From the NCBI GenBank assembly GCA_009602735.1, contig WELA01000919.1, forward strand, positions 86,330 through 139,830: a stretch of DNA of 53,501 nucleotides. Direction: 5' to 3'. The translations under genes were made by a program, and so were the position numbers. Position 1 is the first letter of the stretch. Each line of letters begins with the position of its first letter. This DNA comes from Mesotaenium endlicherianum (Eukaryota). Under the pieces are notes generated by a model. The model did no database searches. It saw only the letters and a program-made list of their open reading frames with translations, and had not been told where the DNA came from. Positions 1 to 13,222 of this stretch are shown in pieces.

Positions 1-369
1 GCACCCCCACCACCCCACCCCCACAACAACGATGACAGCAGCAGCAGCTCACGTGAGTCCTGTGTCCCCCACTTCCCCCTCCACCTCCTAGCATTCATAA
101 GAGCTGCGGTTTCCTTCTACAGCCGGCGCCCAGGCCCTCTCTTCTTTCTCTCTTTCTCCCTCCCTGTGTCTCTCCCTCTGTCTCTCCCTGTCTCTCAATA
201 TTTGTCTCTCTCCTCTCGCTCATTTCTCACCCAGCCTGTGGCTTCTGCCATGCGTCCAGGCGGGGTGGTCAGCATTGCACCCTTTGCTCTGCTCCTGTGC
301 ACACGGTCACAGCCTCACCCTCTCGCATCAAGCTTATGTCCTCACACTCGTGAGTGCGTGCATGCGCGG

Positions 370-393
370 ACACACACACGCGCGCACACGCAC

Positions 394-425
<32 letters not shown>

Positions 426-454
426 GCACGCACACACACAGAGAGAGAGACAGA
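370..454. repeat. (CA)n followed by (GA)n microsatellite
   Basis: Directly visible acacac.../gagaga runs. Confidence 0.9.
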
Positions 455-513
455 GGTGATCGGCATGGGAAGGAGGGGGCAGCATAAAGCGTATTGCTAG
501 GCAGCTTGTGCAG

Positions 514-583
514 TGGAGGAGGAGGTGGCGGAGGTGGCGGAGGTAGCGGGGGCGGAGGAGGAGGAGGAGGGGGAGGAGGGGGA
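514..583. repeat. (GGA/GGC)n trinucleotide tract; poly-Pro on the - strand
   Basis: ggaggaggaggtggcggaggtggcgg... The - strand reads [23 protein letters not shown]. Coding status is uncertain. Confidence 0.8.
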
Positions 584-1020
584 TGCATCATCGGCGGTGC
601 TTCTTCCTCCGGTGCCCGAGGCGGCGGAACTCTAAAGGGACATTCTCGTTGCTTCTGCGGCGCGCTCGATTGGGCTCGTCCCACTCTGTCAAACGCGCAA
701 GGTGTGTAAAAGAGGCCCCAGGAGGAGGCAAGAGCAGAGCTCTTCTCTCCCCGTGACACATGGCATCCTCGCTTGGCCGGGGGGCATGCGCCGCGCGGGC
801 GCGCTTGCTTGCGTCCGTGCACCCGTGCAAGCGCGCGTGCGTAAGCGCGTGCGCACGCGCGCGCGGCTCGGCTGCCCTTCCAGCAGACCCCTAGGAGGAA
901 ATAGAGCCCCTGAGATGCCTCTCTCTCTTTAGCGGCGCCTCACTCACATAGTCCAACCTGCGGAGGAGTGTACACTCGCAGAGAGGCTAAAGGTTTGCCA
1001 GCAGTATTGCAGTCGAGTCC

Positions 1021-1080
1021 GAGTGGGACACCCTGAGTGGGACACCCTGAGTGGGACGCCCTGAGTGGGACGCCCTGGGT
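1021..1080. repeat. 14-bp tandem repeat (gagtgggac[a/g]ccct) x~4
   Basis: gagtgggacaccct gagtgggacaccct gagtgggacgccct gagtgggacgccct is visible. Confidence 0.9.
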
Positions 1081-1260
1081 GGGGCCAGAGGAGCTCGGGC
1101 TTGGGCTAGGTCAGGGCAAGGGCTGGAACAGGCAGGGGAGGGGGAGAGAGTGCACGCTGGGGGGGGGAGGCTGGGAACGGATTTCTAGGGGGCAGCAGCA
1201 GCACTCTAGAGGGAGAGAGGGAGAGAGGGAGAGAGGGAGAGAGGGAAAGAGAGCACCCAC

Positions 1261-2768
1261 CTGTAGAGGCGGGAGATGTGGCCGCAGCGTTTGACGTAGT
1301 TGTGGAGGAAAGTCTGCAGCTGCTGGTTGGAGTAGTAGTACCACTCGGACGAGTCGCTGGCAGCTCGCCCGGTCAAGGGCCAAATTGGCTGGCACGACTT
1401 ATTACGCCAAAAAGTTATTGCCTCTCCCTTCCCTCCCTCCCCTTCCACCGCCATTTCCCACCCACCCTCGCCCACCTCTCCCTCTCCCCTTCCCTCACCC
1501 CGCACCGACGCACACGCACACGCAAACGCCACACACACGCAGGCGCAGGCACAGCACGCGCACACCATCTGACTGCTGGAAACGTGAAGGACAGGAGTCC
1601 CATGCCGGGGGAGTTTAGACTCATGTGGCTTACTACGTGCCCCGTAGAATCGTGTGTCAGGAGGGAGAGAGGGCTACAGGAAAAGCACGAGGGGGGNNNN
1701 NNNNNNNNNNNNNNNNNNNNNGGGGGGTGTGTTTGGGGGGCGTGGGAAGCGTGCACATAGATGCCTCAGGTGCAAATGGGCTCCCACGCTGACAGCTGTG
1801 ACGCCTAACCCAGGCAGACATGGTGGAGTCTCCGGCAGACTGTGTGCTTGCCCTGACTTCAACAAGGAAGAAAGGGCCACAAGGACACAGGGACACAGGA
1901 CAGGCGGACTGTATCCGAGGGCACTTGCTTGTGGGGCCCACTGAAGAGAACCAGCACAGCAGTTCAACGCAGCACTGAAGAAGACAGCTCTCGATTGGAG
2001 AGGGAGCAGCTCTTGCTCAAACTCATCCCAACCCTTGATGGAGCAGCTCCCAACAATGGAACCAGGCCCAGCCCTTCAACGGACGTTAAAGATTAAAGAG
2101 CCAAACATCAAACAGATTTCGATGGCTTTTCAAGGCAGCTTTGTAACTGCCTACCACATTAGCCTGGGCTCCAGCTCAGAGTGATAGCAGTAAAACGGGC
2201 GACGGCAGAAGCGGAATGCCAGGGAGTGGCGGGTTTCTTTTTGGATACGTCTGGCGCCATTGCAGGCCACCTTTTGCCAGCAGCAGGCTTCGCTCCCCAG
2301 CTGCCACATCCGCGTTTCCAAACATATCATCATGCAAGGTAATCAACTGGGCCAACTGGGCAAAAGAAATTTGCTACAGACGAACCCGGCACAAAAGATG
2401 ATGTTCGCGAAATTTTCGTCTTTGCACCTCAAATCCCAAGGGAGGGACATGACAACTTCGAAACTGCCATGAAAGTGAATAATGTGGAGGCTGACATCCT
2501 ATACCAAAGAGGAGCACGCCCTCATGTTCCACGGGACGTATACACGAAACGAGGGAGTCATGATAGCCAGGTGCACCAGTTTTTTCAAAGGCCCAATGCG
2601 AGAAACGTACACAAGCTCACCTGATTGCACTCTCCCAGGATCTTTTATTATGGGATAATCATCTCCTTCCCACGTCCCGCGAGACAATGAGGATGCTTCA
2701 GCAGGTTTGTGAAACCAAAAAATGCAGGCTACCAAGATAGCAGTCAAGTAGAGGGACTTCTTCATCAT
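1261..2768 (-). CDS. 5' exons of a putative secreted protein resembling the N-terminus of M14 zinc carboxypeptidases (CPD / plant SOL1 type); continues toward or beyond the left edge
   Basis: Exon 2768-2621 encodes a signal-peptide-like MMKKSLYLTAILVACIFWFHKPAEA and ends at CAG|GTGAGC. Exon ~1357-1261 encodes YYYSNQQLQTFLHNYVKRCGHISRLY and ends at AG|GTGGGT, resembling the M14 N-terminal Y-x-x-x-x-L...C-x-x-I-S-R-L-Y-S-I-G motif. Intervening exons were not resolved and no catalytic HxxE motif was seen. Confidence 0.4.
1697..1721. other. Assembly gap (N run)
   Basis: Ns flanked by G runs. Confidence 1.
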
Positions 2769-5700
2769 TCTCCCCTCAGCAACTTCATGACATTAGAGAC
2801 ATGTGATTAGCATATATGCACACCCATGGAAACCTACTTCAGGAAACACGACTGTTCTTACAACCGAAAGGGAGCGACTAAGTGCAACTGCCCCCACCTG
2901 GATTCTGGTTCCATCAATGCATACGTTGAAGCTTTCCCAGATGAGCCCACTCTATGTATGGCTTCTGTGGAGACCGAGAAAGAAGATGTCTCTCTTAAAT
3001 TTCACATTCTTGAATATGTACCTTTCGGGCGTCGATCTTCCCCTATTGTGGAACAACCAGAAAGATCATATTCTTGGTCGTAGGTGCGCGTCGATTTACG
3101 CAGTGTGCACGGTTGGACATCATTGTGAATGTACCGGATGGCATAGGATGTGGCGTTGTCTGCCATGGTGTTTTTGCATACTATCATGTAGTACAATATT
3201 CAATGTTAAAATATAGCTTGAATCCAAACGATGCTCGCCAATCCCAGCCGCTCTGTCACAGGACTGCTCGCACTCAGTAATGATTTGTCGGCAAGATAGA
3301 CAGGGCTCCCTGCAAGCATGGAGCACCAGCGACAACCATTGGATGCTCAATTTTACGCTGCATAACAGCCAGCCTCTAGGTTGTGAAGCCGGGCAAACAA
3401 GGACAAGGTGGGTATGACCGGGTATGACATTCTAGTTGCAGTTGGTTACACTATATAGAGCTTCTTTCTTTCTACTCGTTGCTCTTTCTAGATTATTACT
3501 TGTATGTATGTTTTTCACCATAGTTACTAATAATTTATATTGAGAATATTGTTCCATGACTTCTCGAGACCCCTCGATTCGACCCCACTCAAAACAAAAG
3601 GATGTCGCATAAAATCCTGATAATCATGAGAAATATTCTATTCTTTATATCCTATGTGAGACTGACTGTGGGGTGTTATTTGTTAGTATAACTATGCATT
3701 AAAAGTTTGTCGGATTTTGTTGTGTGTTGTTTAAAGTCCTGACCGTGAGGCAAAGGATGTTCTGAAAACTGAAGATTTAATTGAATTGAGAAAACTAAGC
3801 TCACTCCACATGTATGAAGCTGCGTAGGGCCGGCCCCTTACAGCCAGCTTCAAGAGGGCCAGGTGGACTTGACATATACTGCCAGTTGGAAAATGACGCT
3901 TTACATTACTCCACCACACTCCACCACTGCTTCACAGCCAAACGACTCCCCACCATTTCACACCAGACGATGGGGTGGAAACTGGCCCTAATTTTCCGAG
4001 ATTTTGAATTCGGAGCCTTTAAATTTTTTTCTTGTCACAAAGTTTAGTTTGGTTTCAGGGCGCTAATAATACATATTTTTTTGATTAAAGGTCGCTACTT
4101 CACTGTACTTATTTTGACATTTTGATTTCAGGGCGCTAATTTAACCTTGAATTTTGGGCGCTATTTCACCCGGATTCTCGAAGGGAGTTTCCCCCCCATG
4201 CACCAGACAGACACCACTTTCTGCCACTTCCACTGCTTTGCCACGTACATGTGATTCTCAAGTGCACAGCCATATAGCATAAATAGCACCTAAGGATCAA
4301 GGGTGTTGGCATTCTTGCCAAGTTAGAGAAGGTGTCGAAAGCCGGAGTCAGCGGCCGCTTTGACTCGCTTTGGCTGAAGTGATTATCAATCAAATTGCGA
4401 CGTCTTTTGAGGGTCCCTTAATTGAACTATGACTGGCCCATAAATGCACGCCTCATGGCTGCCTAAGAGTAGGGCTTTTGACGGTTAATGTCGTCTCGAG
4501 CAGGGAAGGGCGAGTTTCGAGCAGCACAACCCACGGATGGAGGACAACCACCACCTTTGAAACCCCGGGGTTGCCAATAAAAACCTCAACTTACTCTGTC
4601 TGTAAGTGCAACAATCCGAAATCCTGGCAACCAATATGCGGCGGGATGCTGTGTAATATTTACCATGCTGACTGTTTTTTCAGAATAACATGAGCGTGTG
4701 ACGTCTTTTTCCTTCACTTCTTCCGCTCCTTGCGCTTTTCCTGGCCTGCTATGTCTTTGACGGATTTTGCAATCAGCTTAATAAATGAAAAGGCGTAGCG
4801 CTCTCTTGTTCGTGTTGGGGGATATGCGATCCAGGCTGTTGGTTGGAACAACTCATATGCTGCCACTTATTTTAACCTGAAGAAGATATTATATATCAGT
4901 GCAAACAAATACATGCCCAAACATGGAGCTTGCCTCTTGAAGTAGTGCAAAGGAGCTGCCAAACCAGTGAAATGCCTTTGCAACCTCGGTGGCTGCCATA
5001 CTCCTAACTGGAGTTCCAAGTTCACGTATGCATAACGTGCCAATGTCCCTATGCTTGCACACATGTAGCTGAGGGAGTAGCGAGGGGGTGACTAAGTTTG
5101 CATTTACAAAACACCCACACACACACACACACACACACACGTATGTACATAAAATATTTTCTTTTTTATTTGTATAAGCTACTCACACGTGTTTGCAAGC
5201 ACCTCTTTGATTTTGATGTATTAATATATACTGGACAAGAAACCAAGGGATTAGACTCTGGAGACCTGGGGACCTGCACCCTTAAGGTGCACAACTATAG
5301 AAGTAAGCGCGGCTTGTAAGACATCTGCATGAGCATGAGCGCGAGCATGAGCTGCCACTTACATCTCATTCTACTCCCCATTTCTTCCCGCTTGCCGAGC
5401 AGAAGGCGAGGGCTTTGCGAGCAAAGGCACGGGGCTTCAGCTTGCGCCGATACTGCGCCACCTCGCTCCTTCCACGCTCCGGAGTCTTCCAGAAAAGACT
5501 TGGCCAAGTGGCGAAGCCGTGTGCAAGCTAGGAGTTCTGCGCACAGAGATTGCATGCTCGCATGCACGCACACACGCGCGCACGCGCGCACGCGGTGCAA
5601 TTGCGACGACGCACGCGCACAGCCCCACCCGGCATGGCGTCAGGCTCTGGGCTTTAGCGCACTAGGGCTGTAGGAATCTTCAGCCTAAAACCCGAACCCT

Positions 5701-5854
5701 GCCGACCCTGACTAGGCCTGAAACCCTAATTTCAACCTGGCCTTATACCCTCTCCTAGGCCTTGCTACGTACACCTGTAGGCCTTAGCAGACCTCGCACG
5801 AGCAAGCTGGCAGCTGGAAGGGGGCTACTCCGGGGGGGATGAAGGGGTAGATAG

Positions 5855-8800
5855 ATGGTCTATAGTGACATGGCAGGCAGCTTCATAGAATGCTTCTTCA
5901 GTGTGCATTCGGTGCCCGCCACCTGGCGCCCTGCCAGCGACTGTGCACTTGCAGCAGAAGGCGACAGGTGTCAGGTCCACGATGACCGGCAAGGACAGGG
6001 GCAGAATGCCGCGCGCCCGGACACTGACGCGTGCGGACGGCAGGACGACACCAGGCAGCCTGACGCAGGCCCGCAGAGTCAGCAGGCGTGGGCGAGGCAC
6101 CCGGCCGAAGCAAAGGGCGGGGGGTGGAGAAAGGTGGTCACTAACGCGTTCCTTCCCGTCGCAGGAGGGAGGGAGTGTGACGCGGAACCGAAGGACGGGG
6201 AAATAGAGAGCATGCCGGGAAGGGGAGGGGAGAGGCAAGACAGGAGAGGCAAAGAGCAGGGGGGGGCACAGCAGCAGCAGCAGCAGCAAATTTGTGCAGG
6301 TCCTCTCACGCGGAGCACAGCAGGGGAGGGCCGCGGCCCGCCTGGGCGCGCCAGCTGTCCACACCCAGCGGGCGCGGGGGAGGTGCAGTGCAAACGCGGC
6401 CTAGGGGGCGGCTGCTGCTGCTCTGCCAGCTGTGCAGGCAAAGGGGCTGGGACGGCAGGAGTGCAGAGGGAGTGGAGGGAAGCCGTGTGGCTGCGCTCCT
6501 TCAAGGGCGCAGAGGAGTTCTGCATCCCGTCGGGGGCGACAGGTGGCGCCGCGTCCATGCAGCAGGAGGATGAGGAGCGGGAAGAGGAGGAGGATGGGAT
6601 GGGGGGGGGGGTTGAGGGGCCATCAGCAGGCCAGGTAAGTTCTGCATCTAACCCCACCATCACCATCCCCTTCACCTCTTACCCCTCTCCCTCCTCTCCC
6701 CTTCATTGATCGTCCATCTGCTGGCCTCCTGCCCTCCACTCCCTGATTTTCAGAGAGGCATCGCAGGACTGCACGCCCTTATGAGAAACTGGCTGATGGC
6801 GAAGCTGCCGGCAGCTGCTGACTGTAGCAGGCAAAGCGTCGTCCGACAGACAGACAGACGGGCAGACGGACTGGCAGGTAGACGGGCTGATGGACAGGAG
6901 CAGATAGACAGATAGGCAAACACTTCTGCTTCTACATATGCGCGTGGCGGTCAAGTGTGGCGCGCGAGTCGCCAAGCGAGAGCATCGGCCAGGTGGAGGG
7001 GACGAGCTGTGCTTGGCTCTTGAGCAAGCACGAGCACGGGGCCGGCAAATGCGAGGGCAGGGGCGAGGGCGGGGGGGGACGGGGCAGGGGCGGAGCGGCG
7101 ATGCTTAGCAACTCGTTAGACTATTGCACGCGAGCCAGGCTGTTCCTCACTTACACCTGCTCCCGCTGGTGTCGGTGCTTTCTGGCTCCTTCCCTCCCTC
7201 CCTCGCTCCCCGCCATTGCTCGGAGGCTCCCCTCCCCCCTTGCTTTGTGTCATGCGTATCCTCCCCACCTCTGGCTTCTCTTCAGTGACCCTCTCTGGCG
7301 GGGGCTCGCAGGCAATCGCAGGGGCGGCGGCGGCGGCGACGATGGGGAAGGACCAGCACATGTTTGTGCTGACAGCGAGCGACGGCTCTCGTCGCTACGG
7401 CTTCTGCAAGCGGCTGCGTCTGCACCAGCAGCAGCAGCAGGGGCAGCAGCAGCCACCGCAGCAGGAGCATCAGTCGCAGGTGGCCCCGCCACCGAGGGGA
7501 GGGCAGGCGGCTGACAAGCGGGAGAATGGTAGGCAGGGCAAGGGAGCCCGCTTGATGCCACTTGGAAGTGGCAGGGGGGCCCGCATCATGCCAGCTGACA
7601 GCGAGGTAGCCCGCGTCGCGCCACCACCTGGCGGCGGCATACAGCACGCCACCGTGTGCGTGTGCCTAGTCAGCAGGCACTGCTGGCCGTCGGTGTTCCT
7701 GCCCCTCCTGGATTATATTGAGTGCCTGCTCTCCCTCACACCAGGCCAGCTGGCGTCCCCAGCTGGCACCGAGAGGAAGAGCTCAGGAGCTGCAGCACAC
7801 GCCAGCGCCAGGGGAGCCCCCGTAACGTGGCTCCCCCTGGGCACGCCAGCTGGCACATTCCTGGTGGCTCTGGGCTCCGCCTTGCTGCCCAAGCCGGGCT
7901 TGCCGTGCCCCGTGCGCGCCATTTGGCACAGGGGTTCAGGGGGACAGGTGGCTGCTCGCTCTCGCATTGAGGCTGCACGCCATCAGGAGGATCTGGTCCC
8001 AGAGGAGCGTCCTGGCGACGACGATGCCACCTGTCCTCACCGGGCCAATACAATCAGGGGGCCTGTAGCAGGACCGCGTCAGGTGGCGGCGGCAGAGCCC
8101 CCGCTGCCGCGAGAAGGGCGGACTGATTCTCCCCCTCCTCCTCCTCCTCCTCCTCCAGGCGGCCTTGTGACGGGCAGAGCAATGATTGGAGCGGCCCCTG
8201 TGCTGACATCAGTAGCAGTGCCGAGCGACGGACAATCCGACGCCCGAGAGGGAGGAGGCGAGGGAGGGGGAGTGGGACGGGGAGGAGGAGTGCAAGGAGG
8301 AGGGGCAGGGGGAGGGGGGAGGGGAGGGGCGTGGTGGGAGGGGCAAGTGCAGACAATGCCCACGTCTGGCTGCAGAAGCAGTAGCTGCCGCGGCAGCTGT
8401 TGCAGTTGCGGCGAGGGCAGGGAGCACTCCAAGTGGCATTCCCCCTTAGCTCAGCAGCCCAGTCAGAGTCAGCACTCCACTCTGCGGGCGCCAGCGCAGC
8501 AGTCCAGTCAGCAGTCCAGTCAGCAGGCACCGGGGCGGCCCTCAGGCGGTGGGAGGACATGGACAGGGAGTGCGGAATCCGGGGCAGATTTGGCCGCTGT
8601 TGATTTGCCACGTGTCACTTCCAGAACAGCTGGTGGCAAAGAATTTCCTGATCTGGAGAATGGCGGCACTGCAGGGCAAAAGGGAGGGGGTGCCGCCACC
8701 TGGCACGCCTTCAGTCATCCTCGAGAGGAGGAGCGGAAGGAGGACGAGGAGGAGGTGAGGGAGAGGGCACACCACAAGGGGAAGGAGGGGAAGGACGAAG

Positions 8801-11800
8801 AGAGGGGGGAGGAGGAGCAACAGGAGGAGGAAGAAGAGGAGACGGCCGAGGGGGCAATCGAGCAGCAGGGTGCACGCAGCCGGAGAAGGCGCCAGGTGGA
8901 AGCGAGCGCTGTGGGCCTGGAGCTTGTCTTCTGCGCCGTGCGGCCACCTGGCAGCGGGGGCTGCGCGCTCGGGGACGTGCCCCTGCTGCCTCTGCTCTCG
9001 CGCCTCCCGCACCGCCGAGTGAGTGAGCGAGCATTAGAGAGGGGAAGGGAGAGCGTATGAGCGAGAGACAGAAAGAGAAACAGGGCGTGGGGCAGTGGGG
9101 CGAGGGGGGGAGGGGGAGGGGAGGTTGCCCTCGCGTCGACATGTGTGAGCATGCACTGCTTGCTCCTCTCACATGTGGTGGCTTGGCTTGCTGACTGCAC
9201 CACTTAACAGACCTGCCGCGCATCAAACCATCTCAGAAGCTTTGTGAGTACTGAGCGTACTTCTGGAGCACTGCGAGTCGTGGTTTTATTTCAACTGTCT
9301 CTGCAGATACCTGCCGCTGCTCTCATGAATAACCCTAAACCCGAAACTCAAACCCGAAACTCTAAATACGTACCTTGATATGGGGGCTGTCACTGCTGCA
9401 CTCTCCAAACATCAACTGCCATAACCAACGCAGTGAATCTGCCGTACCTGTTCACCATGCCTGTTCGCCAGACCCCATTCCGCCGGACCTCTCTTTCTCC
9501 CCGGAGCTCTTACCGTGCCTGTCACCAATCAGTGCGATACTGTCACGCCTGCTGCCAATCCGAGCTCTTCCTTCGGCTTGGCAAGCCAATATGTGCCGTA
9601 TAGGTGTGCCGTGCCTTTTGGGCGGGCGGCAAAAAATTGTGAGCATCATGCCATGCGTGCCAGGCTTTGGCCGGGCGGCAACATTGCATGCAAGTGTGCC
9701 ACGTCACGGGCGGCACCTCACGGGGGGCGGCACCATCCTGAGCATGTGTGCCTTGCTGCGGGCGGGCGGGCGGGCGGGCGGGCGGCAGGTGCTGGTGGAG
9801 CTGCTGGCCGCGCTGCTGATGGAGAGGCGCGTGGTGGTGCTGGGTGACAGCTGGTGCGCCGTAAGCGGCGCTGTGCTGGCGGCGGCCGCCCTTCTGCACC
9901 CCTTCTCGTGGCAGCACCCCTTCCTGCCTGTGCGTGTGCTCTTCCTCTCTTTCCCCCTCTGCCTCACTCTGGAAGCTCAAGCCCTAAACCCCTGCACCCT
10001 GGGAGCCTTGAACCCTTGCAGCCGTAAACCCGAAATCGTCTCCACCCGTCTCCTGCCTCCCCCCCACTCTCCTCCTCCGCTCATTTGTCCTCCTTACCCC
10101 CTCCCTCTCTTGTTCTCTCCCTCTCTCCCTCTCTCTCCTCTCTCCCATTCTCTCTCTCCTCTCTCCCCTTCTCGCTTCAGTTGCCTGTCTCTTGTTCTGT
10201 CATTCTCTTGCTTGCTTCCCACCCTCTCTGCCTCCAGCTGCTCCTCCTCCTCCTCCTCCCCCAGTCCTTCAAGCCTGCCGGTGCGACCCCTTCTGTGAAG
10301 ACCATCTTGTTAGCAGCGCGTCTTGTCGTGCTCTGGCTGAGCCAAGGCCGCACTCGGCCCTGTTGGGGTCCATCTCACCACGCATCGGCAGTAGCCGGCA
10401 GTAGCGCCACCTGTCAGCGCACGAAGTAGAGCATGCCCAGCCCCGGGCCCCCCCGCCTCCGGATGCCCTCTGCCGCCCGAACAAGCCTTTTTCGGGTCTT
10501 CGGCACTGCGGGGTTCACGGCTGAGTCTCAGAAGGGCGGAGTTAGCGCAGGGTCACGATTCAATATTAGGTCTACTACAGGTTAGGTGGAGGATTTAGGG
10601 CAGGCGGCTGCGGGCTTAGGGCGCCTTCTGCCGTTAATGCCATCGGGGCTGGAGGGCTGATATTTTTGTGCACACATGCAACGTGGAGATAGTGTGTTGG
10701 TGACCGGTGGTGATAGGGCACCCCCTGCTGCGCGTTCACAGGGCTTTATTGGGTCAACAGTCTGATGGAAAGGTTGAGGGCAAGCTGCGCGAGAGCAAGC
10801 ATGCGGATCGTGTGTATGGCGCTTCGAAGTGCATTGGAAGCTATCGGACAGGACGGTGTGCTTTTGCTTGCTGCTGCTGGTGGTGGCTCTCTGGAGGGCC
10901 CCGAGCTCCATAGGCTGTGAGAGAGGAAGGGCGTGAGCAAGAGCCCCACTCCCCCGTGTCCAGCTCCCCCCTCTTCTTGTTCCCTCCTTCGCTCTGGCCC
11001 CTTCCTGCTCCCCCTCTGGCCCCGTTTTCTTCCACTCCTCTCACTCATGATATTGTGAGATGAGGTGACGCTGGTAGGCCTCCTCCTCCCAAGCCTCGTC
11101 CTGCAGCAGCAGACCCGCGTGTGTGTGGTTTAGCCCCCTGCTCCCAACTGCACTGGCATCGGACTCTGACACCTGTCGGCTTGCCACCTGTCAACCTGCC
11201 AACTTCACGCCTGGGTCGACCGTCATCGGCTCCCCCGCCTCCCCTCCGGAGGAGAGTTTGCAGAAGTGCGTGTTTGCAGATCTTTTTCTTCGCTAGCACT
11301 GGGACTTGCACGCCACCTGGCCCTCCCTGAGGGCAGCGGCAACTCATCTTGCGCCTCGCCCGCTCGCAGCCCCTGCCTGCTTCTGCCTGCCTGGCTGTGG
11401 TGGGAGCAAGCGGCCCCTGACCGCCACCCAATCTGCGTGTGCGCGCACGCGCTGGCGCCCATGCGTTTGCTTGCCCCGCCGTGGTGAGCAGGTGCTGCCC
11501 GACTGCCACCTGGAGTATGCGGGGGCGCCCATGCCCGTGCTCATCGGCCTGCGGCGCTCGCAGCTGCCCACGCTACAGGTGGCCCCCCCATTCTCTGTTG
11601 CGTGCTCCACAATGCCCTTTACTAGGAATGTTGACGTTTAGGGTTAGGGTCAGGGTGTAAGGTTAGGGTTGGGGTTGGGATTGGGGTGCAAGGTTGAAGG
11701 CCTGGCTGGGCCCAGCACTGTCAGACAGGTGGCTTCCAGCTACTGCCTGCCTGATGATGGGCTGGGGGCGAGTACCCTTCTCTCGCGCCTCTCTCTTACA

Positions 11801-13184
11801 GCTGCATCTTCGTGGGTTTCTTAACTGCTTTAGTATTGGTCCTGTTTGTAACTTTGTGTGCAATCGGTTTCAGAATTCATGTCTGGCTTTATTCAAGGGC
11901 CCCTTTCTTGACCCCACCGAGGAATCCGTTTTTTCTCGGAACGAGTCCTTTGGGTCGGCACCTTGATGCCGTTCATCCCGCTCTTCCGCGCGCACGCACG
12001 CACCCCCTCACGCGCGCAAGCTCGCTTAAATACAGCCAATGAGCGCTTATGCGCGCACACAGACGCACATGGGGGTGCTCTTGTGCGCACCCGCTGGTGT
12101 AGCCTCTCCCCGCCTTTGAGCTTCAGATTCACAAGTGCGGCGGTGCCCCGCGGCAGCTGGGGCCTCACACAAAGGCGGGTGCTTGGTTGGCAAGCGCGTG
12201 GAGCGTGCATGCTCCTACTGCTGCTGCTGCTCCTACTGCTGCTGCTGCTACTGCTGCTGCTGCCGAGGCGGCTGCTTTGCTGCTGCTGCTTGCCGCTGCC
12301 TCTGCTGGTGCTGCTGCCACTGCTGCTCCTCCTGCTGCTGATGGTTCTGGTGCTGCTCCTGCTCACACCACTCTCGCTGCCGCCACCTGCAGGCGCTGGG
12401 GGTGGACCTCGGAGACGCAGTGGTCCTGGACGTGACAAGTGGCGCGCTGTGGAGCTCCCACAGAGACGCTGCCCGCCTGCCGAAAGCGGAGAGGAAGGAG
12501 CTGCTCTCCCGTCTCAGGGGAGCGGTGCCAGCCATGGATGCCGGGCAGAGCTCCCTGGCAGCCAGCGCCGTCCTCGACTTCTTCTTCTCCATCTTCGGGT
12601 ACGTGGAAAAGGAGACTCGAGATAGGCGGGGGGAGGGCAGGGAGGGAGAGAGGAAGAAAGGAAGGGGGGGAGGGAGGGGTTGGGGGAGGGGGTTTTGTGG
12701 ACGGAGCTGTGATTGGGTGGATGGATGGCTGAGGCTGGATGAGGAACCATGCAAGCTGCGCGGGGACTTGTGAATTTTGACATAGAGTGCTGGCGGCGCT
12801 GGTACCTTTGCGAGAGCGACAAGTGGCGTGTAGCCAGGGCCCGTCATCACCACGTGTGTGCATCTGCCACCAAGCGCATGCCTATGCCAGATGCCCTCCA
12901 GGCAGGCAGGCAGGCTGGCAGGCTGGCAGGCAGGGCAGGGATTTGAACCCGGAGTAGTGTATCCCATTCCTCGAACTGTTGAAACCTGCAGCCTTTCTCT
13001 GCCCAGGCGGACACAAGAAGAAGAGCCCCTCTGCCCTGCTCTGCCCTGCTCTGCTCTGCTCTGCCCTGCCCTGCTCTGCTCTGCCCTGCTCTGCTCTGCT
13101 CTTCTCTGCCCTTCTCTGCTCTGCTCTGCTGTGCCGGAGGTCCTGGTAGAAGGAGGGGGGGCCGCTATACACATAGCTCCTTCT

Positions 13185-13222
<38 letters not shown>

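Noticed and set aside
11963..12625. Poly-Leu, membrane-protein-looking ORF
   Set aside because: Translation of an intronic (CTG)n microsatellite.
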